DNA of 64,000 bases from Podospora anserina. Its lineage: Eukaryota. The stretch lies in NCBI GenBank assembly GCA_017654855.1, contig CM030337.1, positions 434,001 to 498,000 on the forward strand, given 5' to 3'. The position numbers and the translations under genes were made by a program. The notes under the pieces are model-generated. The model searched no databases, was not told the origin of the DNA, and was given only the letters and a program-made list of their open reading frames with translations. Shown here in pieces: positions 49,096 to 61,457 of this stretch; within the stretch, counting starts at the first letter, position 1; each line of letters starts with the position of its first letter.

Positions 49096-52000
49096 TCAGG
49101 TAAACCAACCTGGAAGTGTTCGCTTCTCGATTATGTTGACAAGCTCCTGCAGATCTTTCGTCACGATTTTTTCATTCCCTAGAATCTGCCCAAGGTAGTC
49201 TGGATTGTCTGCATCCTCCAAAGGGTTTTCAATGTTGAAGACGTTTTTCATCCGTTCACGGAACTGAGTCCGTTTTTTCCGGTCTTCCCCCGTGAGTGCT
49301 GCCTCGCCCCCGTTGTTCTTGATCTGCTGTTCATACATGGCGAGGTGGAGCCAGAGGCTGGTCTGATGGAGGATCTTCTTGATCTTTGCAAGTTGCTGTT
49401 GGGCTGTAGACAGTGGGAAGAAATTAAAGTTAGTACGTAGGTTGGATGACCAGGAAATGGACCACATGTGGATCTGGTCCACCACCACCACACCAGCCAC
49501 ACAACCTTGTTGAGATTACCCCTGAATGATCACACTGGCCACAACAAGACTAATATTGGGTCAATTTCTATGGGAGTTATACCAAAATGTAGCTCAATCA
49601 CTGTCAGAGTCAGACATTGCATCTGCTTCTCGCTTGCGCCTGGTTTAAACCCGATGACGTGCGCTGCGCCGCACAGGCTGGGCTGGCTCTAGCTGCTCCA
49701 CATCCTCCTTGGCTACCACTTCTTCCTCCACCACCCTCCCTTCAATGCGGGCCTCTTCCAGTTCACAGAGCCTCATAAACTTGGAATTCGAGTCTTTTCT
49801 ATTCAACTTACGCCTTTTTCTTACCTCCTGGGCCTTCTGGGCGTTCTATTAATACCTTGCCGCATCAGCTTTGTGGATGGATGCCTCAGATCTTAGTGTG
49901 AGTATAGTACTGGTGAGAGTCCTTGCCGCAAGCCGTTTTCCGGCCGGCGTATGGTTCTTGAGTAGGTCCCTGACCTTCTTGGCCACCTGGGAATCCCCCA
50001 CGGTATGGAAAGTAGGTGTTTTTAAAAAGAGATCTAACGGCACCACAGGGACTATCACTTAGCTTAAAAAGAGCGGTTTACGCCTACGCATGGGCCATAA
50101 TCCTATCCTACGCTAGCCGCCGGTAATATTTTCTTTCCTAAAGCCCTACTTACGGGTAAAATTATATAGCCGGACTAAATCGACTTTGCTATTAGGCGTA
50201 TAATTAATAAGGGCGTCGTTTATAATTATAAACCTCTTATATACCTTCTTTATACTAAAAAAGTAATTAATATTAAAGGGTTAAAGGACGTAAAAGTAAT
50301 AGGGGGGTAGAAAAAGAAGGTAAATATTACTTCTATAGTACCGAATTATAAAGTCGTTAATAATATATAAATTATAATTATTATAAATAAGAAAATAGGA
50401 TTTTAATAAATCTTTAAGTTTAATTTTTAATATAAAAACCTTTTTAAGCTAATTAATAGTAAAGTTATTACTAATTTAACTATTCTTTAATATAATTATA
50501 TACTAGTCCTTATTTAATTAATCCTTAAACTATTATTTTTAAAGGTCTTTACTTTTAAAATTAATTTCGGGGAAAAAAACTCTCCCGTCTTATAAAATAT
50601 ACTTAAGTATAGTAATCCAGATCCTTCTTCCATTCTATTTAATATATATAAATTTCTTATCTTACTTCGAAAATTTAATAATTAAACCGTTTTTTCCCTA
50701 ACTTTCCATTATACCTACTTTATCGTAGTTATACCTATATCTAAATTTAATCTAATTAACGGTAAAATATAAATTAAAAAACTTATTAATATTTTCCGAG
50801 GTAATTTCGTTAACTCTAACGTAATTAATTTTCTTTTTAACCTTTATTTTAATATCGGAATAACGGCTAATAAAATATAATACTTAGTACTTACTAAGGG
50901 GGTTAAAATTACTTTATTTAATTAGTAAATTAACTACTAAAGCTTTTATATTAATATAAGTAAGAGCGTAGTTAAGGCTTTCCTAATAAAGGATCTATTA
51001 AATAATAAAATCTTTTTAGCCGTAAGAAAGTCGCTATTGGTTTTCATGGGTAAGGTTCCTTAATAAGGTACTATTAATATAATGCTTTAGGGTGGAACGT
51101 GGAATCCCGTGCTTATTGGACGCTTTTCGCTAGCTTATACCAGCGGCAATGTCTTTCTGGGCATTTTTAATATCCTCCTCGGTATATTTGGCCATTGTTG
51201 GGTATCTGGAGCAAAAAAAAGTAAAAGAAAAGCTTCATTTTTGGTCTCTGTGGGTGGAATATAAAGTGTGTGTTGATATCGGGGGGCTTTCGGAGGTCCA
51301 GGGTTATGGAGGGTTTAATGTGGGTAGATGGCTTGGGTAGTTCAAACTTACCTGGGCCACATCCATATGTGGTCCACTTCCTTGTCATCCAACCTATCGC
51401 ACACGAAGTACGAGGCAATATGAGTGGTAGCAGACAGGAATGGGAAGCTCAGGGCATTTCTGACTTGCCTTGTTTTGCCTTGTTTCCGTCGTCATTTCGA
51501 TGCCACGCCTTACACGAAGAGACTTCCACACCTGCACTACCTACTACCACCCTAGCAACACTCGTAGTCACTTTGACTGTGGTTGTTGCGGTTGCCCACC
51601 ACACAGTGTGACCAACAAGGTACCAGCCACCAGCCCCTGTGACGGTTCCCACAACCACAGCTGTGGCAATCCACGACCACTTGGACCATCGCTTCGAATT
51701 TCTCTCCACTGTTGCAAGTGTGTACAAGTTTTCCACCTCTTTCAGTGAGTTTCCGAGGGTATCGATTGCGGTTTGAAGTTTTACTATCCGGCTCGCTGCC
51801 TCTTTCTTTGTTCTTACTAGACAGTCAGGTCCGTTCCTGCAAAGATTCTGGCAAAAAGAAAAAAAAAAAAAAAAAAAAACCGACGGCCATATCAGGTAGG
51901 TAGGTAATTACCTTCGTCTTCCCTGCATCGCACTTGTCGAAAGGCTTGATTCACCTCATATTGCATTTTCTCCAGCTTCTGGGCTGATTCGTTGATCCTT

Positions 52001-52928
52001 TTATGCAGTTCGGTGCAACTGAGCTGTTTAGGCTCGATCTATTTAAAACTTTCAGTATAAAAGCACCAGAAAGAAACTATTCACGGGAAAACCAGAAAGT
52101 CCATTGGAACTTAGGGGATTACATACACATTGCTGTAGCACCCAGACCACCGAGAGGGCTGTAAATGCAGCTGCTTGAAGATAGTTGCTGGCCGTTCCTA
52201 TCGACGCTATTATGCTCTGAACATTTTGCATTCCACTGGCCCATTTCAATACGATGCTAGGGCCTAAAGACGAAACATCTATGCTCATGATGACCTTTTT
52301 GCTAATACGCGAATACACGTGGTAAGTTTGTCTTGATTCCAAAAAGAAAAAGTGGGATACAAAGGGTGAATCTTACAATCCATAAGCTCACTCATCGCGA
52401 TTCTCTGTCTGCAGGTTCTGGCATTGAAGGTCTGTCGGCAACACCTTTGCCGAGTTCTCTGCCTTGTGAGTTAAGAACTGACGGAGAAAGATCTGAAAGT
52501 TGTTTCCCTCAATGCCCTCTATTGATTTTCCCGGAGGAAGGTCATGTATGAACTGGACATTGTGCTTCTCCCGCAGTCTTAGTAAGACAAAGCATCGCCT
52601 GAGCTGAAGAGACTGTCGCATAGTCGTTGGATATCATCTTCGACACTTTGGTCGGGGCCGCGGGGGCTCTTGCGTTCCAAGACAATCTAGGAGCATGTCA
52701 GTCCTCAAACGTGAAGTCTCATGCTGTGGCGGAATACGAATGGCCACTCACTTGTGTAGAGCAGTGACTATTATTGGATTGCGGATAGTTCAGATCTGCT
52801 TTCCACAAATCATGGTCAGCTACTGAGGCTGCGCGGAATACAGATGCTAATCCTCGGTTGACTGTATCCTCGGTGGCATCGACATTCGAATGCAGAACCA
52901 GAAGGTACAGTTTTGTCGTCTCTGACAT
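49096..52928 (-). pseudogene. Unannotated six-exon gene remnant (52928-52752, 52686-52392, 52301-52127, 52038-51912, 51847-51469, 49403-49096) with two apparent frameshifts and a transposon in the last intron
   Basis: Five introns can be joined in compatible phase (four GT-AG, one GC-AG with a TACTAAC branch site) if frameshifts are allowed near 52582 and 51827. No family recognised. Confidence 0.62.
49440..51394 (-). mobile_element. Second Fot1/pogo-like DNA transposon, 1955 bp, RIP-inactivated, different family from the first
   Basis: About 41-bp imperfect TIRs ggttggatgaccaggaaatggaccacatgtggat... / ...atccatatgtggtccacttccttgtcatccaacc, flanked by TA (49438-39, 51395-96). Transposase ATG at 51195 reads MAKYTEEDIKNAQKDIAAGIS*RKASNKHGIPRSTL (HTH); de-RIPed NYDEAG ~50720, DGHDSH ~50375 and LPPHCSHVLQPLD ~50290. 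Confidence 0.9.
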
Positions 52929-53479
52929 CTTGGGGATCGGAGTCCTGCTGCCCCCGAGAACCAAGTGTGATGGAAAGTGCCGTCAATAACAACCATTGAT
53001 GATACGTTGGCATTATTTGTATCGAGGAAAAGCAAGAATGGAAAAGGCCGGAGGACACTGGAGTTTGAGTCGTAGTAGCCTGAAGAAGGTTTGCAAACGA
53101 ACTTGGAGGGCATTGTGCAGAAGGGGGCGGGCCACCGCTGCTGCAACCCGTTCATGACCAATTCTATTCATTGGGATATGCCTGTATGTCTGATAAGGAT
53201 CAATATTTATGCATTCAACAAGTCTCATGCCATGTCTTTTGATGAAGATTGGACGTCACCCCTGTCAAGAATGCTTCTTTTCTCGTGTGACGTGCGGGAT
53301 ATGACTGCCCAGTCGTTGAACAAGCTGGTTGAGCCCAACAAGCTGAAACAACCAGCTTTCTAAGGTTCCCCTCGTTTGCTGCTCAGTTACCAACCACATT
53401 TCGAACTTAAATGACCTTCACATACCCAACATGTTCACCGATCGCTTTCTGGCATAGGCGGACTGCACCCAGCGATCAA

Positions 53480-54512
53480 ATGGCAAACAATTCACTCATT
53501 CAAAGTGCGAATCCCGCACACAGCCATGACCATGAATACCTCTCAGGACGGCCGAGCGATGAGGATCTTGAGATTGAGATCAATGCCTTCCGTCGCAACA
53601 CCATCGACTTCCTCGCCAGTTATCTTGCCACAAGAGAGGCAATTGCTCACAATCATGCGCCAGGAGGTCATATGAACGGCAGCAACGGCAGTACAGACAT
53701 AAGTACACGACACCGAGTTCCCTCTCCCATCCAACGGGCCAAACTAACTGACCCTTCCAACTCCCACAGCCAAAGCACTACCCACCCCAAACAAGTTCAT
53801 CACCCTCATCGCCACCCACGACCAACTCCAAATGCAGCTCGTCCCCCTGCGCAACATCCTCCACCAAACCCTCCACAAAGCCTGGATCCGACTCCTACGA
53901 TCAAACTTCTACTTAGTTTCCAGGTATTCACCCCATCCTTTCTCCTCTCCCCACCAGCATCTCTCCTAATCCCCAATCCTACAACATCAAAAACAGCTAA
54001 CCCTCTCACCCAGCCTCCTCCTCAAACTCACCACCCCCCTCCTCACAACTAACACACCTCTCTCCATCCTCCTCTCCATCCTCCTCGCTGCATCATCAGC
54101 CGACACACTAGCCTACCGAACACTCCTCTACCTCCTCCTCTCATCCAAAACAAATGACACATCCCAGATCAAAGCCCGCCTAGACGAAGAAAGCTCCTTC
54201 TTCAAACAACCCGACACCAACAACCCTGACTTCTCAGCCTTTACCCAAACCTGGCTCCCCACGGCGGACGACCTCGTCAAACTAGGCGCCAAATGCCACT
54301 CCTGGATCCCACAAGATGACGATGAGAGGCAGCAACTCATGACCGGTTCCCACGGACACAACCCAACCACTACTTCCGAGAGTGACCGGGGCTGAGCAAG
54401 GGCAGAATGGTACGCCGGGCGCCTGGGCGGAAGCAGCGAAGGGTGGTTCTGGGAGAACAAGGTCGACGAACTAACCGGCAGAGTGTACACATTTTTCACT
54501 GTTAGGGACTGA
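53480..54512 (+). other. Putative three-exon orphan gene or pseudogene (about 53480-53702, 53770-53922, 54014-54512) with in-frame TGA at 54393-95
   Basis: Two phase-compatible introns with CTAAC branch sites; the frame stays protein-like past the TGA (ARAEWYAGRLGGSSEGWFWENKVDELTGRVYTFFTVRD*). An alternative start at 53411 is possible. Confidence 0.5.
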
Positions 54513-54944
54513 TTAATACAGTAATATTCCGTAACACATGTGGTGGTGTTGACTTAGTCTCCCCCAAAGACCCCTGAACCCCTGAGCATAAGCACCGCAT
54601 AAACCATCCCCACACCAACTCAGCATCCCGATTTCACAACCAAATCCAAACAAAATAATGTCAAAAGAAGAAATATTAACCTTATGTAAATAAAATAAAA
54701 AGTTATGTACAACCCAAACAAAAAAGAAACTGTGTCAAGAACTTTCGGCAAAAAGAAAAAAAACCAAGAAAAGGAAGAAAAAAACCGAAAGCTCCCCCCT
54801 TCCCCCCCCCCCCAACAAAGTGAGATACAACGTGCACGTATACCGTATTTAACGGGATACCAAGAGAACATGCTGACAGCCCTCCCTTCTAGTGATGGTC
54901 CCTTTTGCACACACTCCCTGTTGTACCATGACCACATATCACCC

Positions 54945-55003
54945 CCAACCAACCAACCCACCAACCAACCAACCCACCAACCAACCAACCCACCAACCAA
55001 CCA
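54945..55003. repeat. (CCAA)n imperfect microsatellite
   Basis: Run ccaaccaaccaacccaccaaccaacc... downstream of PIS1. Confidence 0.8.
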
Positions 55004-55258
55004 CACCAGCCCAAACGCCGCCCTGAAGGGAAAACTTCCAATCCCAATATGCAAACAATGCAAACCGACAACTAAACTGATCCGAACAGTCCGCTCTCAC
55101 ACCAACCATGCCATGCTCCCCTCCGGCCATGTTCCAACCAACCATTAACGTACAACAGCATCTTTCTGGCTTGTGGTGGGCAGACGGTTCCTCCAACCCC
55201 AACAGCCATATCTTACAGCACCACTCCCACAGATTCTCGTAGAAGCCGGGAATATGCC

Positions 55259-56391
55259 TTACTCCTGCCTCCTCTTGGCAATCCTTCTAGCCTCCCTCCT
55301 GGCCTCAATGTCGCCCTCAGCGAGCCACCTGCTCGCCTTGACCAGCTGGATCACGTTCACGACCTGCTTGAAGGCCATGACGGGGAAGCTCACACCAGTG
55401 ATAACCCAGGGCCAGAAGCTGTCCATCTTGTTCGCCCTCGCCATCTCGAGCGCACCGGCGCTGTAAGGGTTGGCGAAGATCATGCTGAGAATGCTGGAGT
55501 TGACCTGGGCGCCCTGGTGAATGGCGGCGGCGGTCGAGGGAGGAACGGTGTCAAGAAGAGAGGGCGAGAGGAGCGGGGAGCTGAAGGAGAGGAGGTACAA
55601 GCCGACGAAGAAAGCCTCGTTCAGGAAGCAGGCGATGAAGAGCACGTTCTGGTTAAGGAGGATAAAATGTTAGTGACGCAGTTCGTCGTAAAAGTAAGCT
55701 GGAAAGGCAAGTACCTTGTTGGTGTAGTAGAGGTTCAGGAGGAAGGAACGGGACTTGTCGACGTTCTTGTGGGAGGTGTTGCTGCCGCCAAGGGCAAGGG
55801 TGGCGTACATGTGCATGTCTGAAGTCGAAAGTTAGCATTGCGCTCCTAATCTAGCACCGGGGAGAAGCATAGCTCACAGTGGCTGGCAAGATCAAGAGAG
55901 ATCAGGAGCTGGAAGAGGATGGCCCACCGGGGAAAGGCAGAAGCGAGGAAAGTCAGAAGGCAGGAAGTGGTGCACCGATCCGTAACTGCATGAGCATGTT
56001 AGCATCTTGTCGCACGTTTTGTAACTATAGAGAGTAAGTGCTTACCCATATCAAGCACGGCGCCGAAGCGCGTACTTTGATTGTACGCTCTGGCGGCAAT
56101 TCCATCTAATGCGTCGAGCAGACAACTGATGGAGTATAGCAGTGTGCAGGTTCTAGGATGAATGGGCATGTAGTAGAGCGACGCAACAGCGAGGATGATT
56201 CTGGCGTATCCGATCAGGTTGGGATAGAAAAGGAAAATGTTCTCGGCGGGCTCGTCATCGTCGAGGTCATCGAGGATATCTCGTGGAGCGTTCTTCTGTT
56301 CCATGACAGGGGCAGCATTGCCGTTGACGGTGGTGGCATTCTTTTCTTGTTGCGCGGCCGCGGCCTGTCTCCTCGTTGTAACACCTGCCAT
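55259..56391 (-). CDS. PIS1: CDP-diacylglycerol-inositol 3-phosphatidyltransferase (PI synthase), 4 exons
   Basis: ENIFLFYPNLIGYARI; CDP-alcohol motif DALDGIAARAYNQSTRFGAVLDMVTDRC across intron 1; LDLASHYMHMY; KQVVNVIQL. ATG at 56391. Confidence 0.95.
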
Positions 56392-59300
56392 CTTTCTTGT
56401 CTGATAGTCTATCGTCGATGAGAGAAGAGTCGTGCGAATATCATGCGGCGAGTTGAGGGCGATGCCGGCTCTTCCGAATTGCGCGAAAAGGGGTAATCGT
56501 GGGGCTCTCGATATGAGGGTTCCAGTTGGGTCTGAAGCAAGGCGCGGTCGATTTGTTATCGCGGGTTGCCAATGCGGCTCTGGGGGGATTGGCTTCTCCA
56601 GAGGGTTGATTACAAAAATATAGGGTATGAATGAGCGTAAGAAAAACCTGTGGTGTTTTCTTTTGGAAAGGAGACCAGCTTCGAGCAAAGACCGAGATTG
56701 AGGTCGCCGGGGTTTCGGGCAGTTGATGACGGAGTTTTGGCAGATAACACCAGATGCAGCCAGGGAGTGGATTCATTCGATTGCTTCTGCCATGAAATCG
56801 CTTGGCCCAAATTTTGGGACCCAGAATGCCAAGATGCGATAAGAGGGTCGATAAGAGCTTCCATCTGCCCCACATGTCCAACGCCAAGCCGGCTGTCGTA
56901 ATTGTTAAGCCATCCTGACCATCAAAGTCATGACAATTCAAAGACACACCGGTCCCCAGGGTTCGGGTCTGAGCTGACTGAATCTGAGACCGACACCTCT
57001 TAGCATCCGCCAGCCCGGTCACTTGTCCCTCGCAGCCGTTCGCCAACGTCAAAGGTAGATCTGCCGCTTCTAAACGACCGGATTGCCCGGCACCGTTCTT
57101 ATGTACAACCCGTCATCCTCCGAGTCCGAGATGGGGACGGTGGAAAGCATGGAACTAGCAACGTCCGCGTGGAGAGACTACTCCGCGTAGAAGTGATTAT
57201 ATCCGTAAGAAGTCATGAACTTTACTGAGGCTTTTTCAAAATCCTCTCGAAGCGAATTTATCAGGCGGCGATCAAGCTGATGGGAGTGTGGGCTGTGGAC
57301 GTCTCATTCGGCTGATAGGGTCTGTGCTTGCATTGTCGAATACCCTTGTCGGGCGCCGCATCTAGGCTGAATAGGGATGGATGGTCGACAAGGTTGCAGA
57401 AGTGGGAAGCGGTGGAAGGGGAAAGGCGAAGAAGGATAGCGCCGTCGACGAGGGGCAGCCGGATGTTACTCCGGGCACTTCCAGACAAATCAGAGCTGCG
57501 GCCGGACACGCAGTCCGGAGAGGGTTGACGGGAGTTTCCAGCTTCCTGTCTATCTATCTTGCGTTCTGCAGCGAGACGGGAAGCAATCCCAGCTAGGTAG
57601 GTCGACAGCTAGGCTGGCGAGTTGAAACTGTTGCGGATCTTCCTCTGTGCTTCCGCCCCCATCACATTGCAGCTTCATTGCGACTTTCCAGGTTGCTACG
57701 AGCTGACTTGGCTGTCCGGGCTCCTGTTGGAACTGCCAACACAGCAACCAAGTACCAACCTACATACAGGACACAGCTACACACCGACGTCGGCAGCATA
57801 ACCGCCGGTCAAGGCCAGCTGTGGCTTATGGCTTCCTGGTTCCCGTGCTGCGATCTGCTGCCCGTCAGCGATGTCCTCCTCTCGTTCAGAGCTGGGGCGA
57901 ACTGATATACCAAAGCTCACTACGAATAGGCACGGCCCGACGGCGGACGGACGAGGGGTCCGGACAGTCGGGAATCTCGCCAATCAGTCGTCGCACAATG
58001 TCTCAATACGGTGCCAAAAAAGAAAGCTTCGAACGCGTGTGTGACCTGTCGTTGGTCGTGAGACACGGTGAAAAGAGACAGGATAGACATTCAGGTGCAG
58101 CAAAACATCCCGACCGACATATATCTACATGCCTATCTGATTCCCCCATATCATGTCTCAATGGTGATCAGCAGGGCTGACAGCGCTGGAGGGAGGGAGG
58201 GAGCTGAACATTCATACCTCGTAGCTAATACGAGGTATCAAGACAGCCTACGAGTTGTCTGGTCTGGCGTGGAGACGCACTTGCGGGAGTTGAATTCTTT
58301 GACGGCGGCTTTCGAGGCTTGATTGGGAGAAAGTCTGTGCGTTCCTGACCCACGGCACATCGAGACGAGAGTTGAGCCAACAAGGGCCAGCAAGGGGTCC
58401 TTGCGCCGGGCCAGGGTCTTCCCAGCCCCAAAATGGACGGTTGACCTTTTGCGGAGGCACTGGGGGGAGGGGGCACAATTTCACACCACATGCATCACCA
58501 GATTCATCACATTACCGTAGGCAAATGGTACTCTCAGGAGGACAGGACGTCTTTTACATTGCATCCGCCGGGTGCCGGATACCCCCCCAACCTATTCGCT
58601 TCCGCCTTAGTGCCAAGCGGCAAGCAGTGCACCCAGACCTGAGATGACAGTCAGCAGCTGTGTAGGTACTGTTGTATGTACCACCTATTATAAGAAGCAC
58701 CCACCACACCTTGTTTTTTCCCACTCCTCGAAAATCTCGAATCTGGACCCCAAAGAGCCGATCCCCTATTCCATCTCAGCTCAGCTGGCCGGGACTCATC
58801 CAACACTTCCCCGCCTCCCGTACTTCCTGGTTTCTCCGGCCACTTGAGAGTGCTACCTCACCTTGCCGACCTTGACCTTGCCCCTGCGGGGTTGTCAAAC
58901 TTCGCATCCACCGTCCTGGGCCCGCAAACCGCTAGTCTCTAGGGGACTTGCCAGTCTCGAAGCCCCCTCCTCGCCTGACGAGCTCGTGCCTGTCCTCTGC
59001 ATCGTTCGATAAAACCCAACGCCCCCCAGCTTCGTGTTGACTGTACCTGGTCATCCTTGACATATCCCCTTCTCGACCCCCGAGAGACTGGTCTTATAGA
59101 CACGCAGCTCCCCCCTCTGCCAGTCGCCACGAACCGACCAACGGCTTTTCTTCACCAGCTGAACTATCAACGCCACAATACCCAACAACACACGACCGCT
59201 TCTTCTTGTCGTGGCGCCGTCCCTTAGTCGCCGATAGCACCACTACCGCAGTACCGCCTAAAACCGCACGCCGCCTAGATCTTCGTGTGGGGTAGGACAG

Positions 59301-59399
59301 GTTTTTATTCTATCAATCCCGCCTGCCGAAATACCACTTTCCCTAGACACGCCCACAACACAAACTCACCCCCAAAGACGACCATCGCACATCGCAACC

Positions 59400-60482
59400 A
59401 TGTCAGACCGTCATCCCACTCTGCTCCAGCCCTACTCTGAGCGGGCCAAGACGGCCACTCACCCACTCTCCCGGTACCTCTTTCGGTTGATGGACCTCAA
59501 GGCCTCCAACCTCTGTCTCAGCGCCGATGTCACAACGGCTCGGGAACTCCTCGCGCTTGCCGATAGGGTCGGCCCGTCCATCGTCGTTCTCAAGACTCAC
59601 TACGATTTGATCTCGGGATGGGACTACAACCCGCAGACCGGCACTGGCGTCAAGCTCGCCGCCCTCGCCAGAAAACACGGCTTCCTCATCTTTGAGGACA
59701 GAAAATTCGTCGACATTGGAAAGACAGTCCAGATGCAGTACACAGCCGGCACTGCCCGCATAATAGAATGGGCACACATTACCAACGCCAACATCGACGC
59801 TGGCAAGGACATGGTCCGCGCCATGGCGGAAGCGGCGGCCAACTGGAAGGCACGCATTCACTACGAGGTCAAGACGTCCGTCTCTGTTGGCACACCAGTT
59901 GCTGGCCAGTTTGATGATGGGGAAGAGCAAAACAATGGCGGGAGCGACAGGGACTCTGACGGGCGAAAAGGAAGTATCGTCTCCATCACCACCGTCACTC
60001 AGTCCTTTGAGCCTGCTGACTCACCGAGATTGGCCAAGACCAACGAGCATGGCGATGAGCTCGTCTTCCCCGGCATCGAAGAACCGCCAATGGACCGCGG
60101 ACTGCTCTTGTTGGCGCAAATGTCGTCCAAGGGCTGCCTGATGACCAAGGACTACACCCAGGCCTGTGTCGAGGCCGCTCGCGAGCACAAGGACTTCGTC
60201 ATGGGTTATGTAGCGCAAGAAGCCCTCAACTCTGCTCCAGATGACAACTTTATTCACATGACTCCTGGCTGCAAGCTACCACCACCGGGCGAGGAGGAGA
60301 ACGGACATGTCGAGGGCGACGGCTTGGGCCAGCAGTACAACACCCCGGCCAAGCTCATCACCCTCCTCGGCACTGACATCGTCATTGTGGGACGTGGCAT
60401 CATCCAGGCCGCGGACCCCCCGACAGAGGCTGAGCGCTACAGGAGGAAAGCGTGGAAGGCGTACCTGGCTCGTCTGAGTTAA
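59400..60482 (+). CDS. URA3: Orotidine-5'-phosphate decarboxylase (pyr-4/pyrG/URA3)
   Basis: [14 protein letters not shown], catalytic [31 protein letters not shown] and IVGRGI; intronless with the long central insert typical of Sordariomycetes. Confidence 0.97.
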   Translation: MSDRHPTLLQPYSERAKTATHPLSRYLFRLMDLKASNLCLSADVTTARELLALADRVGPSIVVLKTHYDLISGWDYNPQTGTGVKLAALARKHGFLIFEDRKFVDIGKTVQMQYTAGTARIIEWAHITNANIDAGKDMVRAMAEAAANWKARIHYEVKTSVSVGTPVAGQFDDGEEQNNGGSDRDSDGRKGSIVSITTVTQSFEPADSPRLAKTNEHGDELVFPGIEEPPMDRGLLLLAQMSSKGCLMTKDYTQACVEAAREHKDFVMGYVAQEALNSAPDDNFIHMTPGCKLPPPGEEENGHVEGDGLGQQYNTPAKLITLLGTDIVIVGRGIIQAADPPTEAERYRRKAWKAYLARLS

Positions 60483-61457
60483 ATGAGCTGAACATGAACT
60501 TTGCGCTGGGGAAATGGATGGGAAAGGCTATACATGGCTTGAAAAGTGGCATATATGTGGTGATGGGAACATCCGGATTTTGATTTGCTGCCTGGGACAG
60601 GGTACAGCAGGTTTCTGCGAGTAAGAGAGAGGGCGGGTTAGGGTCGGGATGGAATGGATGGATACATAGGAAGGCGATTGATGGAGGGGCGTTTGGCGAC
60701 ATTTAGATTTGGCATGAGTGAGCGTGTTAAAGCATGATCTATGAAGTGTGCGCAAACTACAACGACGGTCTGGATTCATGTATGTATTAGTCGGGTCCCC
60801 GGAACAATACATACCGGATGACTTGCATGCGGATTCGTCCGCCAGTCGCCTGCTGATTCACACAGCATACTTTTGTCCATCAACGCGCCAATCGGAGGGA
60901 TTCGTGTATCTGGTTTGTCTGACAGGCCACCGACGGCCCTTGCCTGAAGACAGACGCTGAACCAGGGCCCGGAGTTAGCGGTCCTACCGGCAAGGCGGGC
61001 GAGCAGTCTTAGGTGAGCCTTGGCGAATGACATCGGACGGATCTGATTGTCCCCCCCACTTTTGGGACCTTCTTGTTCATTGATTGATGGAGGGGGACCG
61101 GCGTCATGTCATTCCTTTGACGGTTACCTACCTGCATCGCAATCCAATCCAACCGCCAACAACCATAGCGATCGACGGTCATCGAGTTCTCGACCACGTT
61201 ATGCGCCTAGCCCGTGTGCTGAACCCCTGGAATTTTAATTGACGTTTTACCACAATCTGAGCTCATCTCTCTTTGCGTTGCGACGAGCGAGTCCGTCTTG
61301 GGGCCCGGCGAACTAGTCCGAGTCAATACTCCACTTCCCCGGACCTGAGTCCGCGCGCTCCAGTGCTTGGGACCTCGTTGCGCACCGCTACCGTTCCCCG
61401 TTTCCCGCCCCGTTTCCGGTGGATCCCATTCGGCAGCGCACTCTCCGAGTCGATCTG

